DNA of 62,555 bases, filler included, from Diploschistes diacapsis (lineage: Eukaryota), in assembly GCA_023645945.1 (NCBI GenBank). It is 16 parts of 16 records of this genome, joined end to end, with 100 filler letters (N's around TTAATTAATTAA, not from the genome) between each part and the next. Parts side by side here need not be neighbours in the genome. Positions count along the whole stretch, not along the records: positions 5,050 to 30,122 come from JALAIB010000222.1; positions 30,223 to 32,631 come from JALAIB010002220.1; positions 32,732 to 35,140 come from JALAIB010002221.1; positions 35,241 to 37,646 come from JALAIB010002222.1; 12 more parts are not named here. One strand, 5' to 3'. The position numbers were made by a program, and so were the translations under genes. Shown piece by piece: positions 24,575-37,746 of this stretch; position 1 is the first letter of the stretch, and each line of letters starts with the position of its first letter. The notes below the pieces were generated by a model. That model was not told where the DNA came from, searched no databases, and worked only from the letters and a program-made list of their open reading frames with translations.

Positions 24575-25471
24575 TCAAGGGGAGGATAGCAGCTTGATAG
24601 TTGTGTTCACATTCGTATGACTTGCACTTCTGTCGTGATCCAGTTTGTGTCGAAAGGAGCGAAAAGCTACAGATACCTTGACGTTACTGCTAGATACAGG
24701 CTGAAAGTTGCGAGCTGCCACTACGTCAAGAGACGAATGTGTGCTCCAACCAGGTCCGTTTCCGTGTTGATCTGAAACTGGGCCCTCCCGGTTGAACTGC
24801 CACTGCTGCATCTCCTTTGGGAAATATCCTGCCTCCTCCCCATCCACTAGTGCCCGAATAACCAGCGTCCTGACATCGACCAGAATGTTGTGGTCCACCA
24901 AGTCGTAAAGGATGAAGACGCTGTTGACCGATAAGGACTGCTTGACTGGCCAATCCAGTCTGTCGTCCATCTCAATGACCCAGCGTGGCGGCATGACATA
25001 GCCGTTGAGACCTGTAGATTTGCTCTCGAGGTTGCGAAGCTGCGGCAGTACGGGTGTTCTGGACAAAGTCTTCGACGTTCTGGCGCACGATGCTGTGGCG
25101 GGCGGAGCAGGGCCCGGAGTCGGGCATCATGTGGTGGGGAGGTCGGCATCCGACACACTTCGGCCGCACGGGAGGCTTGAACGGTTCCTGTGATCAGCTC
25201 CGTCTCGATATAGAGATGACCTTTCCTGTCATAGCCGTACGAGAGGACTTGCGGGACTGGGATGGTGGTCTCCTCCCCCGAGGAGCTGGTACGTGACAGC
25301 CTCGGTAAAAAAGCGCTGGGCAAGTCGTGGATCGTCAATGTACGAGCCCTCCGCTTTCTGGCTGCGCTCTTGGAGGGGAATCTCGCATTTGATGAAGGTC
25401 GTCGACGTGGCGTTGTACGTCTTGAATTCCAAGCGGGCAAGTTCCCTTTCTCCGGGGCTTTTCTGGGCCAT
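24575..25471 (-). pseudogene. APH/choline-kinase-like phosphotransferase, frameshifted
   Basis: Segments RFFTEAV..LL, TTIPVPQVLSYG, LPQLRNL.S..TGLNG and DLVDHNILVD...ALVDGEEAGYFP lie in different frames. Confidence 0.7.
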
Positions 25472-25824
25472 TGTGAGATGCGAGTCTTAGGCTACCTGCG
25501 TAGGTATTTCGGCTGAATTGGTAAGAGAGAATGAAGGAAGAGTGCTCGCGTGGGAGAGGTAGGCAGCCTTCTGGCATCTCGCCAGTTATAATGTGCAAGC
25601 CACCAATACCCCACATTCTCCCAGCCATCACTCCTCATGCTGAATAGGGTTGTAAACAGAACCCATGCTATAAACGCCCAGTCCATCCCAACCCGGCCAG
25701 CTTGACGTTATCTCTCAGTCAATCCGCTTTCATGGTTCTCAGGCCGCCTGCCTAAGCCCCGGCGACAGTTCTTTTATTACCTTGATCTCTACAGCATCAG
25801 AAAGCTAACTTGACCTGCCTCAAG

Positions 25825-28093
25825 ATGTATGACCCAGATGTCATTGCCTACCTTTACCCGGTTCAGGGTCAGGGTAGAGATGGCGCGTTAGACGCCATCA
25901 ATATGGCCGCCAACCGCTCTTGATACCGCCATGCTCGACTGTATAACCGATCTGCTGCAGCCAGCGCTTAATACCGACACTCACTCCGTCAGAGAGGCAA
26001 CAGAGCAGCCAGAGGAAGATGAAGACCTGGAACGCCAGCCCTGTATGGCGCTGACATTCAGCAATCCCCCCACGACCCGTCGAGGCCTCATGGCAGGGCG
26101 AAGTCCGCTCGCAAACATTGCTCTGCCCAAGCTGAAAGGCGTCAGCTGGTTCCACTTCACGGTGACTTTTGACGAGCATTTCTACTTGATGGTGAAGGAC
26201 TTGAATTCCACGGTTGGGACACGAGTCATCTACGACGGCGAAGAAGGGCAGCAAGGACACGGAGTCGCCTGGAGCGCCCGCGGCCCAAGCTTGGTGAAGG
26301 GTAAAACGCCCGTCATCAAGGTCGTTGGAGATCTCCAGTTCAGGCTCGTCGTCTCAGATCATGACGTAACCTCCCAGACGTATCGCGACAACGTCGCGCG
26401 ATTCCTCCAGGGCACGGCAGCTGCCGAAGACCTCCTCTCGGACCTCAAACTGCTCAGTCGCACGCGGACCGAGCTCCCGTCCCCTGGCGAGGCCCACACG
26501 CCGTCTGCGCAGGCTCCAGGGCCCATACTTTGGAAGAAAGAGCTCGCGCGGGGGGGTTTTGCGGTGGTGAACTACGCCTGGGATGTGACCAGCAGAGCAG
26601 AATACACCCTGAAAGAGCCTCTGCCGGTGGAGGGGGGCGACTGGGAAAAGGAGGCCAGAATCATGAAGGGCACTTCCCATGTGGGTGCTACCCTGCTGAG
26701 GCGTCTCTGATTGCACTGACTCACTGACAATGCCAGCCAGGCTCATATCGTTGCGCTAAAGCACGCGAGCTTCAACCCTGGGCCACATCTCTACTTTGAT
26801 TACGTCTCAGGAGGCTCTCTCGAACGTTATCCGACCACGACGGCCTTCCAAGGAAACAGATCGCCATCCAGCTGCTCGACGCCCTCGCTTACCTCCACGG
26901 ACAGACGCCGCCAATCGTCCATCGAGACATCAAGCCGGAGAATGTGCTTGTCCAGCACTGGAGCCGCGACAAGATCCATCTCAAACTTGGAGACTTCGGT
27001 CTGTCAAAGCAGTCAAAGGACCTGGCCACCTTCTGCGGCGCGGCAATCTACATAGCTCCAGAGATCTTGTGCGCCCGGCTGGCCAAGAGCAAGGACGCCT
27101 CCAAGTACGATCCCCTGGTCGACGTCTGGTCTCTCGCCGTGCTCCTTGTCAAGCAGGTATGTCGTGGGCTGCCGGAATGCCACCAGAAATACATGACCGC
27201 TGGAACGACCTGGGGCAAGTTGATGCTGCAGTTTGTGAGGAGGCATCTGCTAGCCTCTGAGGACCACGACCCACTGCTACATTTCCTCCTCGACGACATG
27301 TTGGTGATTGACCCAAGGAAGCGGCAGCCAGCGCAAGTGTGTCTCGACAAGGCACTGCGGCTGTCTGGCGATGACGCTCCAGTCGCGACTCCTGAGCGGC
27401 CGTCCCCCATCGAGGACTGGGATCTTTCGCCGCATTCTTCGGGCGATGTGGATGATAGCAGCGAGGAGAGCATTCCAGCCACACCCAGAGTTCGGCCCGC
27501 GACTGTCGCTTCTCCTCCCGAAGACCCCGGGGCCGGCGAGGCCGACCACCATCCGCTTGTATCCAAGAGGCAGCGAAGACAGCAACCAGAGCCTGGAATC
27601 ATCAGACTCGAGAGACTCAGCGGCGCCGGGCAGCGCGAGCCTCATCCGTGACCTGGGTGAAAACGGCTCGTCATTCATCGACACCGTGCTTGGCGTCAAG
27701 CCTTCAGACATGGCAGAGTTTGAACGCTCGGGCGCTCGACCTCCCAGTGTTATTCCAGATAGTTCTGTGGTTAACAGCGAGCTATGGGGTATAGAAGCAA
27801 CAGCCGAGGCTCGTGGCTCGTTCACTGCCTTGCAACAGAGCGGGCACGGGCAGTTGGCGGCCGGTACGGACTCGCTTGGCTCGGAACTCGGCCTGGCCAT
27901 CACCAACCAACTTGCCAGAGCTGCGAGAGGAGAGGATGGTGCGGCTGCAGCAGCGACGCCATCTCAGCGCAAGAGGCCGCGGCCGGCAGCGAAGCAAGGC
28001 TCCGGGACTGCGAGTTTCTCGCTAGAGTCTGCCGTTCATGGTCCGGAGGAAAGCATTAGTAAACGTAGCAGGATAGAGTCCGCCCTAGGGTAG
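25825..28093 (+). pseudogene. FHA-like plus Ser/Thr protein kinase, disrupted
   Basis: MYDPDVIAYLYP start with an early TGA. An FHA-like GVSWFHF...VKDLNSTVGT segment is followed by LARGGFAVV, IVHRDIKPENVL, LGDFGLSK, YIAPE and DVWSL. Several frameshifts. Confidence 0.8.
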
Positions 28094-28284
28094 ACGATTG
28101 CCTGACTTAGACATTGTGCCTGGACGTTTAAACTATCTATGGGTGGCTGGGTCTTCCTTGAGGTTGGGGGGCCCGTAAATATAATGGGTTATAGTGGGTT
28201 GCCGGGTGGCGCCGGCTGAGCTACTGAGGGATTCAGCTGCTGCTGGCGGGGGGAGTTACGCTTCTCACGCGTGTAGCCGAACGC

Positions 28285-29968
28285 ATGTTATCACCCGAGT
28301 CTCTCGCACCTATGATTCCCTCCGTTCAAGAGCTCCTCGCCTTTAGCGACGAGCACCTCATTCGCTTCTTGATTGAAAGTCGTACCCCGGGCGGCGGCTT
28401 CGACATCTCGCGTATCGCCGGCGTGGATGACCTCCTTGCAAGCCAACGCGACGAGCTCAGCGAGAAGCTGAGGTAACTATACGTCTCTGCTTGTCCCATC
28501 CGTCTCGGCTCCAACGAGGAAAAGCCGCCGCTGATCGTGCTTCATCTGCAGTGCTGCAGTCGCGGAGGCCGGGCCCCTCGACGCCACCGAACTCACGAGA
28601 CTCCTGGACATATTCGCCAACCGTGACAGGACTGGTGACGATGCGTCATCGCCGCCACAGAGCAGACGCGTCCGGTCCCCAACCTCGAGCCCACCACCCC
28701 CCGAGGGCAACGAACGGTTCGAGGCCTTCTGCCTCGACGAGCTAGTCAAGGCTGGCGGCAGGCCGGCAGCGCCGGTTGAGCTGCTGTTTTGCACCGCGAC
28801 CAACGCAGAAGCTGATGGGTCCCAGTTTGAACCATGGCTGGGCGACGCAGACTCGGGCCGTCGAGAGGGCCATGTGCCACCAGTATTCTCCACGCAGTTG
28901 GAAGATTGGATGTCATTCAAGCACAAATGGCAGTGGGACAACCGCGGCAAGATTGCCGCCGAGGAAGGCTTTTCCGCCTACCTAGAGTCGCGAAGGAGGA
29001 GATACCTGCACAAGGGAGAGGTGGAAATGGTTTCTGACGGCTCATTTGAGACGACGGCCAGGCAAGCATGGAAGTACGAACAGCGATACCTCGAGGGGTC
29101 TGGGAAGATAGGCTTCGCGGCATACGCGCAAGCGGTGGGGCAACGCCTGGCGTCCCACAACTTCTCACGGCCATTCCAGCTTGCCGAGGACCCACGCCAG
29201 CAAGACATGTGGACGACATGGGTCGAGTACCTCAACTACGTCTACTGGTGGCGGGACCACCATTCTGCGGCAATGAAATCCGCAGAGCCGCAGTATCGCA
29301 GGGCTTGGGACGAGCTGCAGCGATTCGATGCGGCTCCATCGCCAACGACATCTGCGACAACCGTATCACTCGACGAGAAACTCGGCGCAACCAGAGCCGA
29401 ACTTCAGGAGACAAGGCAGCAAATCCGCAAGTTTCTCAGAGGTACAAGGGCTTTCCGACGGGAGGAGACGGCCTTCCGCCGTCAAGAACAGCGGGCACAA
29501 TGGGTCCTCGACCAACTGCACCTGGTCGAGACCCCGCCGTCTTTGGAAAATGAAGCGGCCAAAAACGACCCGCGCGCAAGCGCAGGTGGCGGTAACAGGA
29601 GGAAGTCGAGAGACGGCGGCGCCAACCTGACCGGACAGCGGCCTAAGAGCAAGAGAAGGAGGCACGAATTCGACCAAGGTGGCTCGAACCAGGATCCAGA
29701 GCCAGAAACTGGAAAGGCGACTGATACATTGATGCCAGACGAAAGAGTAGCAGCATCTGCCACGGCTGCCGCTGAGCCTCGTCGAAGCAAACGCCGCCGC
29801 ATGAACGATGCTGCCACAGTGGCTCTACCTCCCAAGCCTGAAGTTGGAGAACCAAGGACACGCAGGAGCCAACGACAAACAAGGGCTCACAAGGATTCAC
29901 TTGGCTCTGCAGCAGCATCATCATCACACATGTCAGGGTCGAGAAGGAGGAACAACAGAGCAATGTAA
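28285..29968 (+). CDS. Hypothetical protein, about 534 aa, 2 exons, helical core with a basic NLS-rich tail
   Basis: Intron 28473-28551 joins ORF 28285 in frame to ORF 28874. Motif FSRPFQLAEDPRQQD..TTWVEYLNY. Confidence 0.75.
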
Positions 29969-30222
29969 TAGTACAGAGGCCAATTGAGACCGCCGGATAA
30001 ATAATGATTACAAATTAAATATTGTGCAGTTGTCGTTAAAGCAGTGACACATGCTTCAGTCTTGGTCACGATACAGATTCTCTTCTCCCACTTTGATTAG
30101 AGTCATCTGCATCCCCCATAATNNNNNNNNNNNNNNNNNNNNNNNNNNNNNNNNNNNNNNNNNNNNTTAATTAATTAANNNNNNNNNNNNNNNNNNNNNN
30201 NNNNNNNNNNNNNNNNNNNNNN

Positions 30223-32631
30223 ATATTATATACTATTATTTTATTAAATATGTGCTTTTTTAGGCTTTAATTATATAAACGTTTATAATCTCTTGATTAA
30301 TTAAATTATTCGTATAATTTAAGAAGTGACTAGAGCTTATAAAATCTGAAGGTTAATACTTGCGAGATAGGGAATATCGAGTAGGGTATATAAACATAGA
30401 ATATTTTTTGAGAAGGGATTAAAGCTTGACTTGGAAATCTATAAATAACATGTACCGTATTACGTTATCTTTATATAAAATATATCGGATAAAGAAAAAA
30501 CTAATAGTTCAAATATAAGGAATGGAAAGGGGGAACTAAACGATCATAAGATAATCAATAAGGTTATTAAACATTCTTATAAGCTATTACGACAGAATCG
30601 AAACAAGGGATTTAATTAATAAAGTATCGCGATAAGTCCTTTCGGATCTTTTAAGATTTTGAAATCAACTCGGCCTGATTCTAGCTAGTCATAACTTTAT
30701 TAGTCTGTAACATGCCGAAGTACTTTTCTCGATCGAAATGCTCACGTATAGTTATCCTATTGTTTAAATTAATAACTTTAGTTTTAACCTAATTCTCTTC
30801 CACGTCGGTGACGTTTTTGATAACAAACGTAGAGGAATCGCCGGTATAGTAAGTTATTAAACATTTATTCTTATCGTTCGAATTTTTTATTGTGGCTTTA
30901 TATTTATGCTATAATACAATCCCAGTTTCAGTTTCATCTTCAGATTTTAATCTATATTGATCGTCGTGCTTTCTATTTAAAGCTAACGTAAGTATTGGTT
31001 GCACGGGTACCAAAAACATCATATATACAACCTTTAGATCTTAGTTAGTAGGAATAGTTGAGAGAAGAGTCTAAGCTAATTACTGGGTCCTTGCTTAAAA
31101 CCGCGATTATAACAGTGTCAGTTATAAAGAGCGCCTGGATGCCGTATGTAATCTAAATCTTCTATAAAGACCTCTATTTGCTATAAAGCAGTATAAACGT
31201 AAAATAAGGAAAACGCGAAAGGATACTGCTGATAATTTAGATCCAAATTAATACTTGGAGCATAAAGTTAAATAAGAAAGGGACGATCATTAAGAAGATC
31301 ACGGACGCTCGTGTTAAACGAGGGCTGAGTTTATTAAAAGGCCCACGTCTAAACTGTTAGACGCTATGTAATTATTATGTAATTAGATGGGTCTTGAGTT
31401 AATTCCGATAACTAATTTTTGACTATTGTTACAGTTTTACGGTCATAAAGCAGGCCGTAGTTTATATAATTCCATATGTTTTCACTGTAAACGGGTAGAG
31501 AATGGCCAATATGGCTTATAAGAGGCAGCTGAAAGCAAATGGCCCCTAGATATGCTACTGTGAGGGTGTCTCGGCCTTTCTGAAATCAGCGCGCCGGATG
31601 ATGACATAAAGGATAAAGAAAGGATGAACGACCATAAGGAATAATAGATACAAAAGATCCATATTAGGTAAATATCGAGAACAAAAATAAAACAAATTGG
31701 TAAAAAAGACATGTAAGAAGAAAGCAATGAAGACGAGGCTGAGAATGATATATAAGTTTGCTCTCGAGCGTGAATAGAGGTAAAAGGTATTACATCTTAG
31801 TTAAAGATACGGAAAGCTTTTTACTGGATTGAAATAAGAATTCAGGTAAGAATCTTGATCCTGTTTTGTTACGATTAGATAGAATTGATTTAAAGGTGTT
31901 TTTCTTTAACGTTAATATAAAAATGGCTCGATCGATATTCTATAAAGCATTCTATAATACGTCGGTATAATATATAAAATTAAAAACTTAAATAATTATA
32001 TTTTTATAACAGTCTATATTTATAATATAATCAGCCATTAAATCCGTATGTAATGATACAACGCTTACAAATAAAGCAGCCTTAAGGTCCTGGTATTAAA
32101 ATACTAAAACCCTAAGCCGATAACAACGATCAACTAAAGAGGATCAGCCTTCAACTAATATACAGAAACCTTTCCGGTAATATCGGATAAAGGGTTATCG
32201 ATGGAACGAGAAACGAGCAAGTATCTAAAAAAGAGCTTAGAAAAACCATAGTTTCGTCGCGAAAAGTGAAATCGTAAAAAGTAAAATTATACATATAAAG
32301 GTAATGAATCTTCGAGAAATATCTAAAAGACAGCACGAAACATACTGTAATAAATAACGGCAGGTTAACGTAACATAGGGTTCGTGAAAAGATAACCTCG
32401 CGTACGCATTGCGATAACTATAAACCACCATCGTTCGTTCGCGCAAACAAGCTGAAAGGCGAAGTAATCACCTTTATATCTTAGTACCTGCCAATTTTGT
32501 GCTAGCAGGCACTAGATAGTTTCTGGTATAATAACAAAAGATGAACTACTTAATATTATCAAGCATCATTTTTACGTTATAAAAAGTATAGTTCTTTCTT
32601 TATTTTCTTACTCTTCTTTTTCGTCCATTAC
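30223..32631. repeat. Unidentified AT-rich, RIP-like degenerate sequence
   Basis: TpA-rich and stop-rich. No motif recognised. Confidence 0.4.
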
Positions 32632-33278
32632 NNNNNNNNNNNNNNNNNNNNNNNNNNNNNNNNNNNNNNNNNNNNTTAATTAATTAANNNNNNNNNNNNN
32701 NNNNNNNNNNNNNNNNNNNNNNNNNNNNNNNGAATGGGGGACGAACGGGGTCGAGGAGGTAAGGAAGCTGGTTCCTGGAGGGGGGAGGGTTGTCGTCGCA
32801 GAGGATCGATTGTGGGAAGAGGACGTCAAGATTTGGAGAACACTACATGGAGTCGGAGAGACTATGTTATAGACACACTCTTGCTAGAAGAAATGAGGGT
32901 CTTGTCACTTTGGACTATGCAAGGTGCGTATGACATCCCATTATGTCCGTAGGCTTCATCCCGTCAAAGAGTATTTGAGGCTGCCCCTGAATGCAGGACT
33001 GGAACATAAGCTTGATCTCAACAGGAAAATAGGACCCGACTCAGATCTCGAGAATAAACACGCAGAAGAGACTTACAGGACCCTGCGATATAAAATCGTC
33101 AACCCAAGACGGAGGCAGAAGTATAGAAGGTGAGACATGGAACAGGGATAACCCCCTGCTTACATAAACCGCCCACAATCCATTGCCCCTCCATCGATAC
33201 AGAATCGATCCATCCTATCTGGCTCTGGAAGAATACACATCATCACAGGGAAAATTCAGTTACACCAAAGCATACAAA

Positions 33279-34462
33279 ATGGTCAAAGCCGGTGACTCCA
33301 TTCCCAGCGTCGAGCTCGCCATTGGCGCCCCGGACAAGAAGGTCAATCTCAGTCATGAGCTTGCCTCTGGGAAGGGGCTCATTATCGGTACCTCACTCAT
33401 CTTCCTCTCTTCTTCCTCCCCTCCCTTCCCAATCCCCTCTCTCCTCCTTCCTCGCGCCCCCTTTTCCCAATCCTAGCCCTCAACCCAACCACCCCCGGAC
33501 TACTCCTCTACCCCTCCAGGCACTCTTTCCCCTCATCTCCACTTTCAACAACCTCCATTCTCTTGCTTCCGCCCTGCTAACACAAGCCAGGTGTTCCCGC
33601 CGCTTTCTCCCCAACCTGCTCCGACGCGCATGTGCCTGGATACCTGACGTCCTCCAAGACAAAGAACGCTGGCAAAGTCTACGTCGTCAGCGTCAACGAT
33701 GCTTTCGTGATGAACGCCTGGGGCAAGCAGCTAGACCCGGACAAGAGCTCGGGAGTACGGCGCGCTCCATTCCTCCCCCTTTTATCTTTTACAGTCCCCC
33801 GTTCTTCCTTTCTACCTTTTACTTACGCGCATGCCCCTTCCCGAAACCCTCGGGAAACATAATATGCAAGCCATGCTGTACCACAATGCATGGCTCAAAG
33901 ACTTGTAGTTCATGCAGAGTTTGCTCGAACATCCTACAGTTTTGTTCCTCGCTTTTTCTAACTATCTACAATATCAGCTTGAGTTGATATTCGATATGTT
34001 GAATCAATTGCGAATGTAGCCCCAGCGATTCCGTGGATCGCTTATAAGCGAGCAGCAGAACTGTGGACTGTCTGAGCAAACACTGATGAACTACGAGTCT
34101 TCGATGCATAAGAGGGTGTAGCATACCGTGGCTTGCATAATCGTCCTCCCTCAACCCTGTGTCCCAAGCACGTCCCCGCCACTCCAACATCCCCTCTTAC
34201 CCCCATTCCTTTGATCATACCTACTCGCCACACTCTCACCCCTGCACCGCCACTCACTGTTCGACAGATATCCTTCGCCTCCGACGCCACGGGCTCCTTC
34301 TCCAAAGCGCTGGATCTTTACTTTGACGCGACGCCATTTCTGGGCGGTATCCGGAGCAAGAGGTACGCCATCACGACGGAGGACGGGAAAGTCAAGAGCG
34401 TGCATGTCGAGCAGGACCCGACGAAGGTGGAGGAGACCGGGGTGGATAGCGTGCTCGGTTGA
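33279..34462 (+). CDS. Prx5-type peroxiredoxin (Ahp1/Pmp20 family), 3 exons
   Basis: Exons 33279-33387, 33591-33754 and 34268-34462. Motifs GVPAAFSPTCS..HVPGY, VSVNDAFVM.AW and RSKRYA. Confidence 0.92.
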
Positions 34463-35240
34463 GACTCGAGGCCCTAGTATGGCATGAGGAAACGGGAGGG
34501 GAAAGTCTTACGTGGGTTGTCTAGAAAGGGAGGGGGGGAAAGAAACAAGGTGAAAAAGGTGTTTTGAAAGACTAGCTAAGGGAGAAGATGAGCTTGCTTG
34601 GTGCTGGGGTGTTTTGTTAGAGGACAGGGTTGGAGGCTACTTGCTAGAACCTGTGTGGATCGTGTGTTATCGACTGTAGATACAAAATACAACCTGAGCT
34701 ACAACCGACGTCGCGCCCCCACGACCTTATTTTCTCCTATCACCATCATACCTCTTTACATCGACCTCGACCTCGTTCTTGGGTTCTTTATTATCGTCTT
34801 GTTTCCGTCTTAGATCGCTTCGTACCATTGGCCGGCCCGAATATGGAGGCTGAACGAATGCCCTGAACACACCATCTCTCAAGAAGGGTTTTGGCCACCA
34901 TGCCCGATTCCTCTGCACTGCATTCCGACACCAGATGGGACGAGATCACACGCGGCCTCGCTATATACTACTAGCAGCGACCGACCAACGCACTGTAATC
35001 CCTCATCAAACTCTCATACTCGCACCGGCTGAGTCGAACCGAACCTCCAACCCCCGCTTCTAAGACCACTCTGCCGCCGCTCTTCCGTACCTACCTAATT
35101 TCACTTCTCCTTGCAGCATTCAACCTCCCACCCTCCCATCNNNNNNNNNNNNNNNNNNNNNNNNNNNNNNNNNNNNNNNNNNNNTTAATTAATTAANNNN
35201 NNNNNNNNNNNNNNNNNNNNNNNNNNNNNNNNNNNNNNNN

Positions 35241-37130
35241 TTATTACTTTTTTTTAAATTAATCTTTCTAATATAATCTGAATAAAGAATTCTTCTTCCG
35301 ATTTTGATTCGTCGTATTCGAATAAGAATCAGGTGTTTAAGTAAATATAATGAGATAGTTATATATGATAAGGCGCCGGTATCACCGATCTATTTAATAA
35401 GAGTAGTTTTATTTTTGGTAATAACGTTTTTAATTGTGTTATTAATTTTATTATTATATTTTAATCGAAATTCAGGTTTAAGTTTACATTTTGAACTTTT
35501 TAAACCTTTATCGTCTGAACTTTCTGTATTATAAGCGCGCTTGTTCTTGCTTTTCTTATCGCGGATGTTTTAGCATTCTTTTCTTTTTTCCCGTTTCTTG
35601 TCTTTTATTACGATGATCATTTGTTTGAACTTTTTGGCGAGTTTATATTATATTACGCGATGATTATTGTTTTTATAAAATAGATATCCTCTTATTGGGC
35701 TAGAATGGGAGCGTCGTTTTTCGTCGAGTCGTCCCTAATAGGTTGGAGACGATCTACCGTGACGAAAGGAATATATTATAGTTTCGTTTATTAGTTTCTT
35801 TTGTTTATCGATTAGCCTATTAAGCCATCTATCGAAATTGATATCGGCGGATAAAACACCGTCGATCTACGTATTAATAACGTCGATAATAATTCCGTAA
35901 TTAAGCGGCAATGTTGTAAATAATTGTTAAAAAGGAATTTTTAGGGCGTATTCGGTTCGTTTATACGATAGCTTCTTTAAAAGTTTTATTAAATATATCT
36001 AAGTTTTTTGAATAATAATACCGTCCTGAAGTTTATAATTAATAAACTCGTGGTTTAATTATCGGCGGTTAAGTTTAATTATCGCTTAGTATTTTGTTTT
36101 TAAAGAATCTTATCTAGCTTTCGTAGTCTGTAAACCATGAAGATATTCTTAATCGATCTCCCCCGTATAGATCATAATCTAATAATTTACTTTCGATTAA
36201 TATTTCTTTTATTATTCAGATATCTTGTCTAGAACTAACCCTGAATCAATAGAAATAAATAGCGTGAAGTCCTCTAAAATGACGGTAATAGACGATAATG
36301 ATTGATTATTAAGGACGTAATTCATTTCTTTATTTTCGAGGTATATACGTATGAGTTCGAATCATTGCTGTTGGTTTTTTTTTTTTAAGATGGGAGCAAC
36401 TCGCTTTTTGAATAAGATATCGTTTATTTTGTTGTTATTTTTATAAATAAAGAAGATTTATTGAATGAATGACTCGTAGTTAATAAGTAATTAATGAATG
36501 ATATAGAAGGTGATTTTTTATAGTAGAAATGAGGGTAATCGAGGGGTTCAGCGTGGTTTAGTTGAATTTCGATATTGGCGAGGAAGAGAAGAAGGTTGTT
36601 TTTCGTTAATCTGTATAGTTGATATGTGGATTTAATTATTTCTTATTTAGGTTTATTTTAGATCAGCGTATTAAAGTCCCGCGTTCTTTTAAAGTAATAT
36701 AATTTCTATTTTTGAATCAGTTTATCTTAGGGTTTTATAATTTAGATTTTAGGTTTTTAGATTTTTTCGATTTAATTTACGTTAAATGACGTAATCGGTG
36801 CCCGCGTTCGTAATCGTAATAATTGCCGGGAAACGTAGTTTTAATAAACGATTAAGCGTAATAAAGTAGGTGTTAATTCGGACTTATAATTTATTTGGTA
36901 ACGTAATGGATATATTGAAGTTTAGAGGTCTTATTTAGAAGGTTATTTTATTTTATAGACTTTTATTTTCGTAAGATATACTAAGTTTTATTATTTATAT
37001 TATTTCTTATTCGGTTTAGTTGGAATTCTAGGAGGTTCAGCTGAACTGAACCCCAGAGTTCAGCTGAACTGAACCTCCTTCTGGAACTCAGTTGTATTTT
37101 CAGCCATGCCTTCTGCCTGTCTGCTCAACA
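35241..37130 (-). mobile_element. Ty1/copia element: LTR (36459-37130) and gag, RIP-mutated
   Basis: Reverse complement of the 1377-2427 family. The LTR runs TGTTG...TTCAATA and the gag extends to the contig end. Confidence 0.8.
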
Positions 37131-37318
37131 ATTAATAACGTTGATAATAATTCTGTAATTAGGCGATAATATTGCAAGTAATTATTAAAAAGGAATTTTT
37201 AAAGCGTATTCGGTTCGTTTATACGATAGTTTCTTTAAAAATTTTATTAAATATATTTATATTTCTTAAATAATCGTACCTCTTTTAAGTTTATAGTTGG
37301 CGAACTTAAGGTTTAGTT
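37131..37318 (-). mobile_element. Fragment of an older gag of the same copia family (insertion target)
   Basis: Homologous to about 35873-36060 (e.g. GCGTATTCGGTTCGTTTATACGATAG occurs in both). Confidence 0.75.
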
Positions 37319-37514
37319 TAGGCTGGTCGTTTCGTGCCACGGTCACTGACACGGATACTGCAGCAAAAAATTTTTAAACACGGACACTAACACGGACATT
37401 ATAATTAAAATTTTAAAACACGGATACTAATACGGATACTACATTTTATAAATCCACGAACACGGATATCGTAATTAAAAAATCTAAAATATTAATACAA
37501 ATACGGATATTATA
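37319..37514 (-). mobile_element. hAT-type MITE, partial
   Basis: TAGGCTGGTCGTTTCGTGCCACGG terminus followed by ACACGGA repeats. Confidence 0.8.
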
Positions 37515-37646
37515 ACGTGTTTAACGGGGAACCGGGCCACCCCCAGAAGTGGGCCACCTTTCATTACAACTTTCATCTTTTTCTTCGATTTTTTTAATAA
37601 TAACTACCTCGCATCGTAATAATTCGATTTTAATAAAATCTAATAT
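37515..37646 (+). mobile_element. Fot1/pogo-like transposon end
   Basis: TA|ACGTGTTTAACGGGG with a GGGCCACC direct repeat. Confidence 0.6.
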
Positions 37647-37746
37647 NNNNNNNNNNNNNNNNNNNNNNNNNNNNNNNNNNNNNNNNNNNNTTAATTAATT
37701 AANNNNNNNNNNNNNNNNNNNNNNNNNNNNNNNNNNNNNNNNNNNN

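Noticed and set aside
34082..34110. CTGATGA, suggesting a hammerhead ribozyme or C/D snoRNA
   Set aside because: No correctly placed GAAA core or stems, and no convincing terminal box D arrangement.
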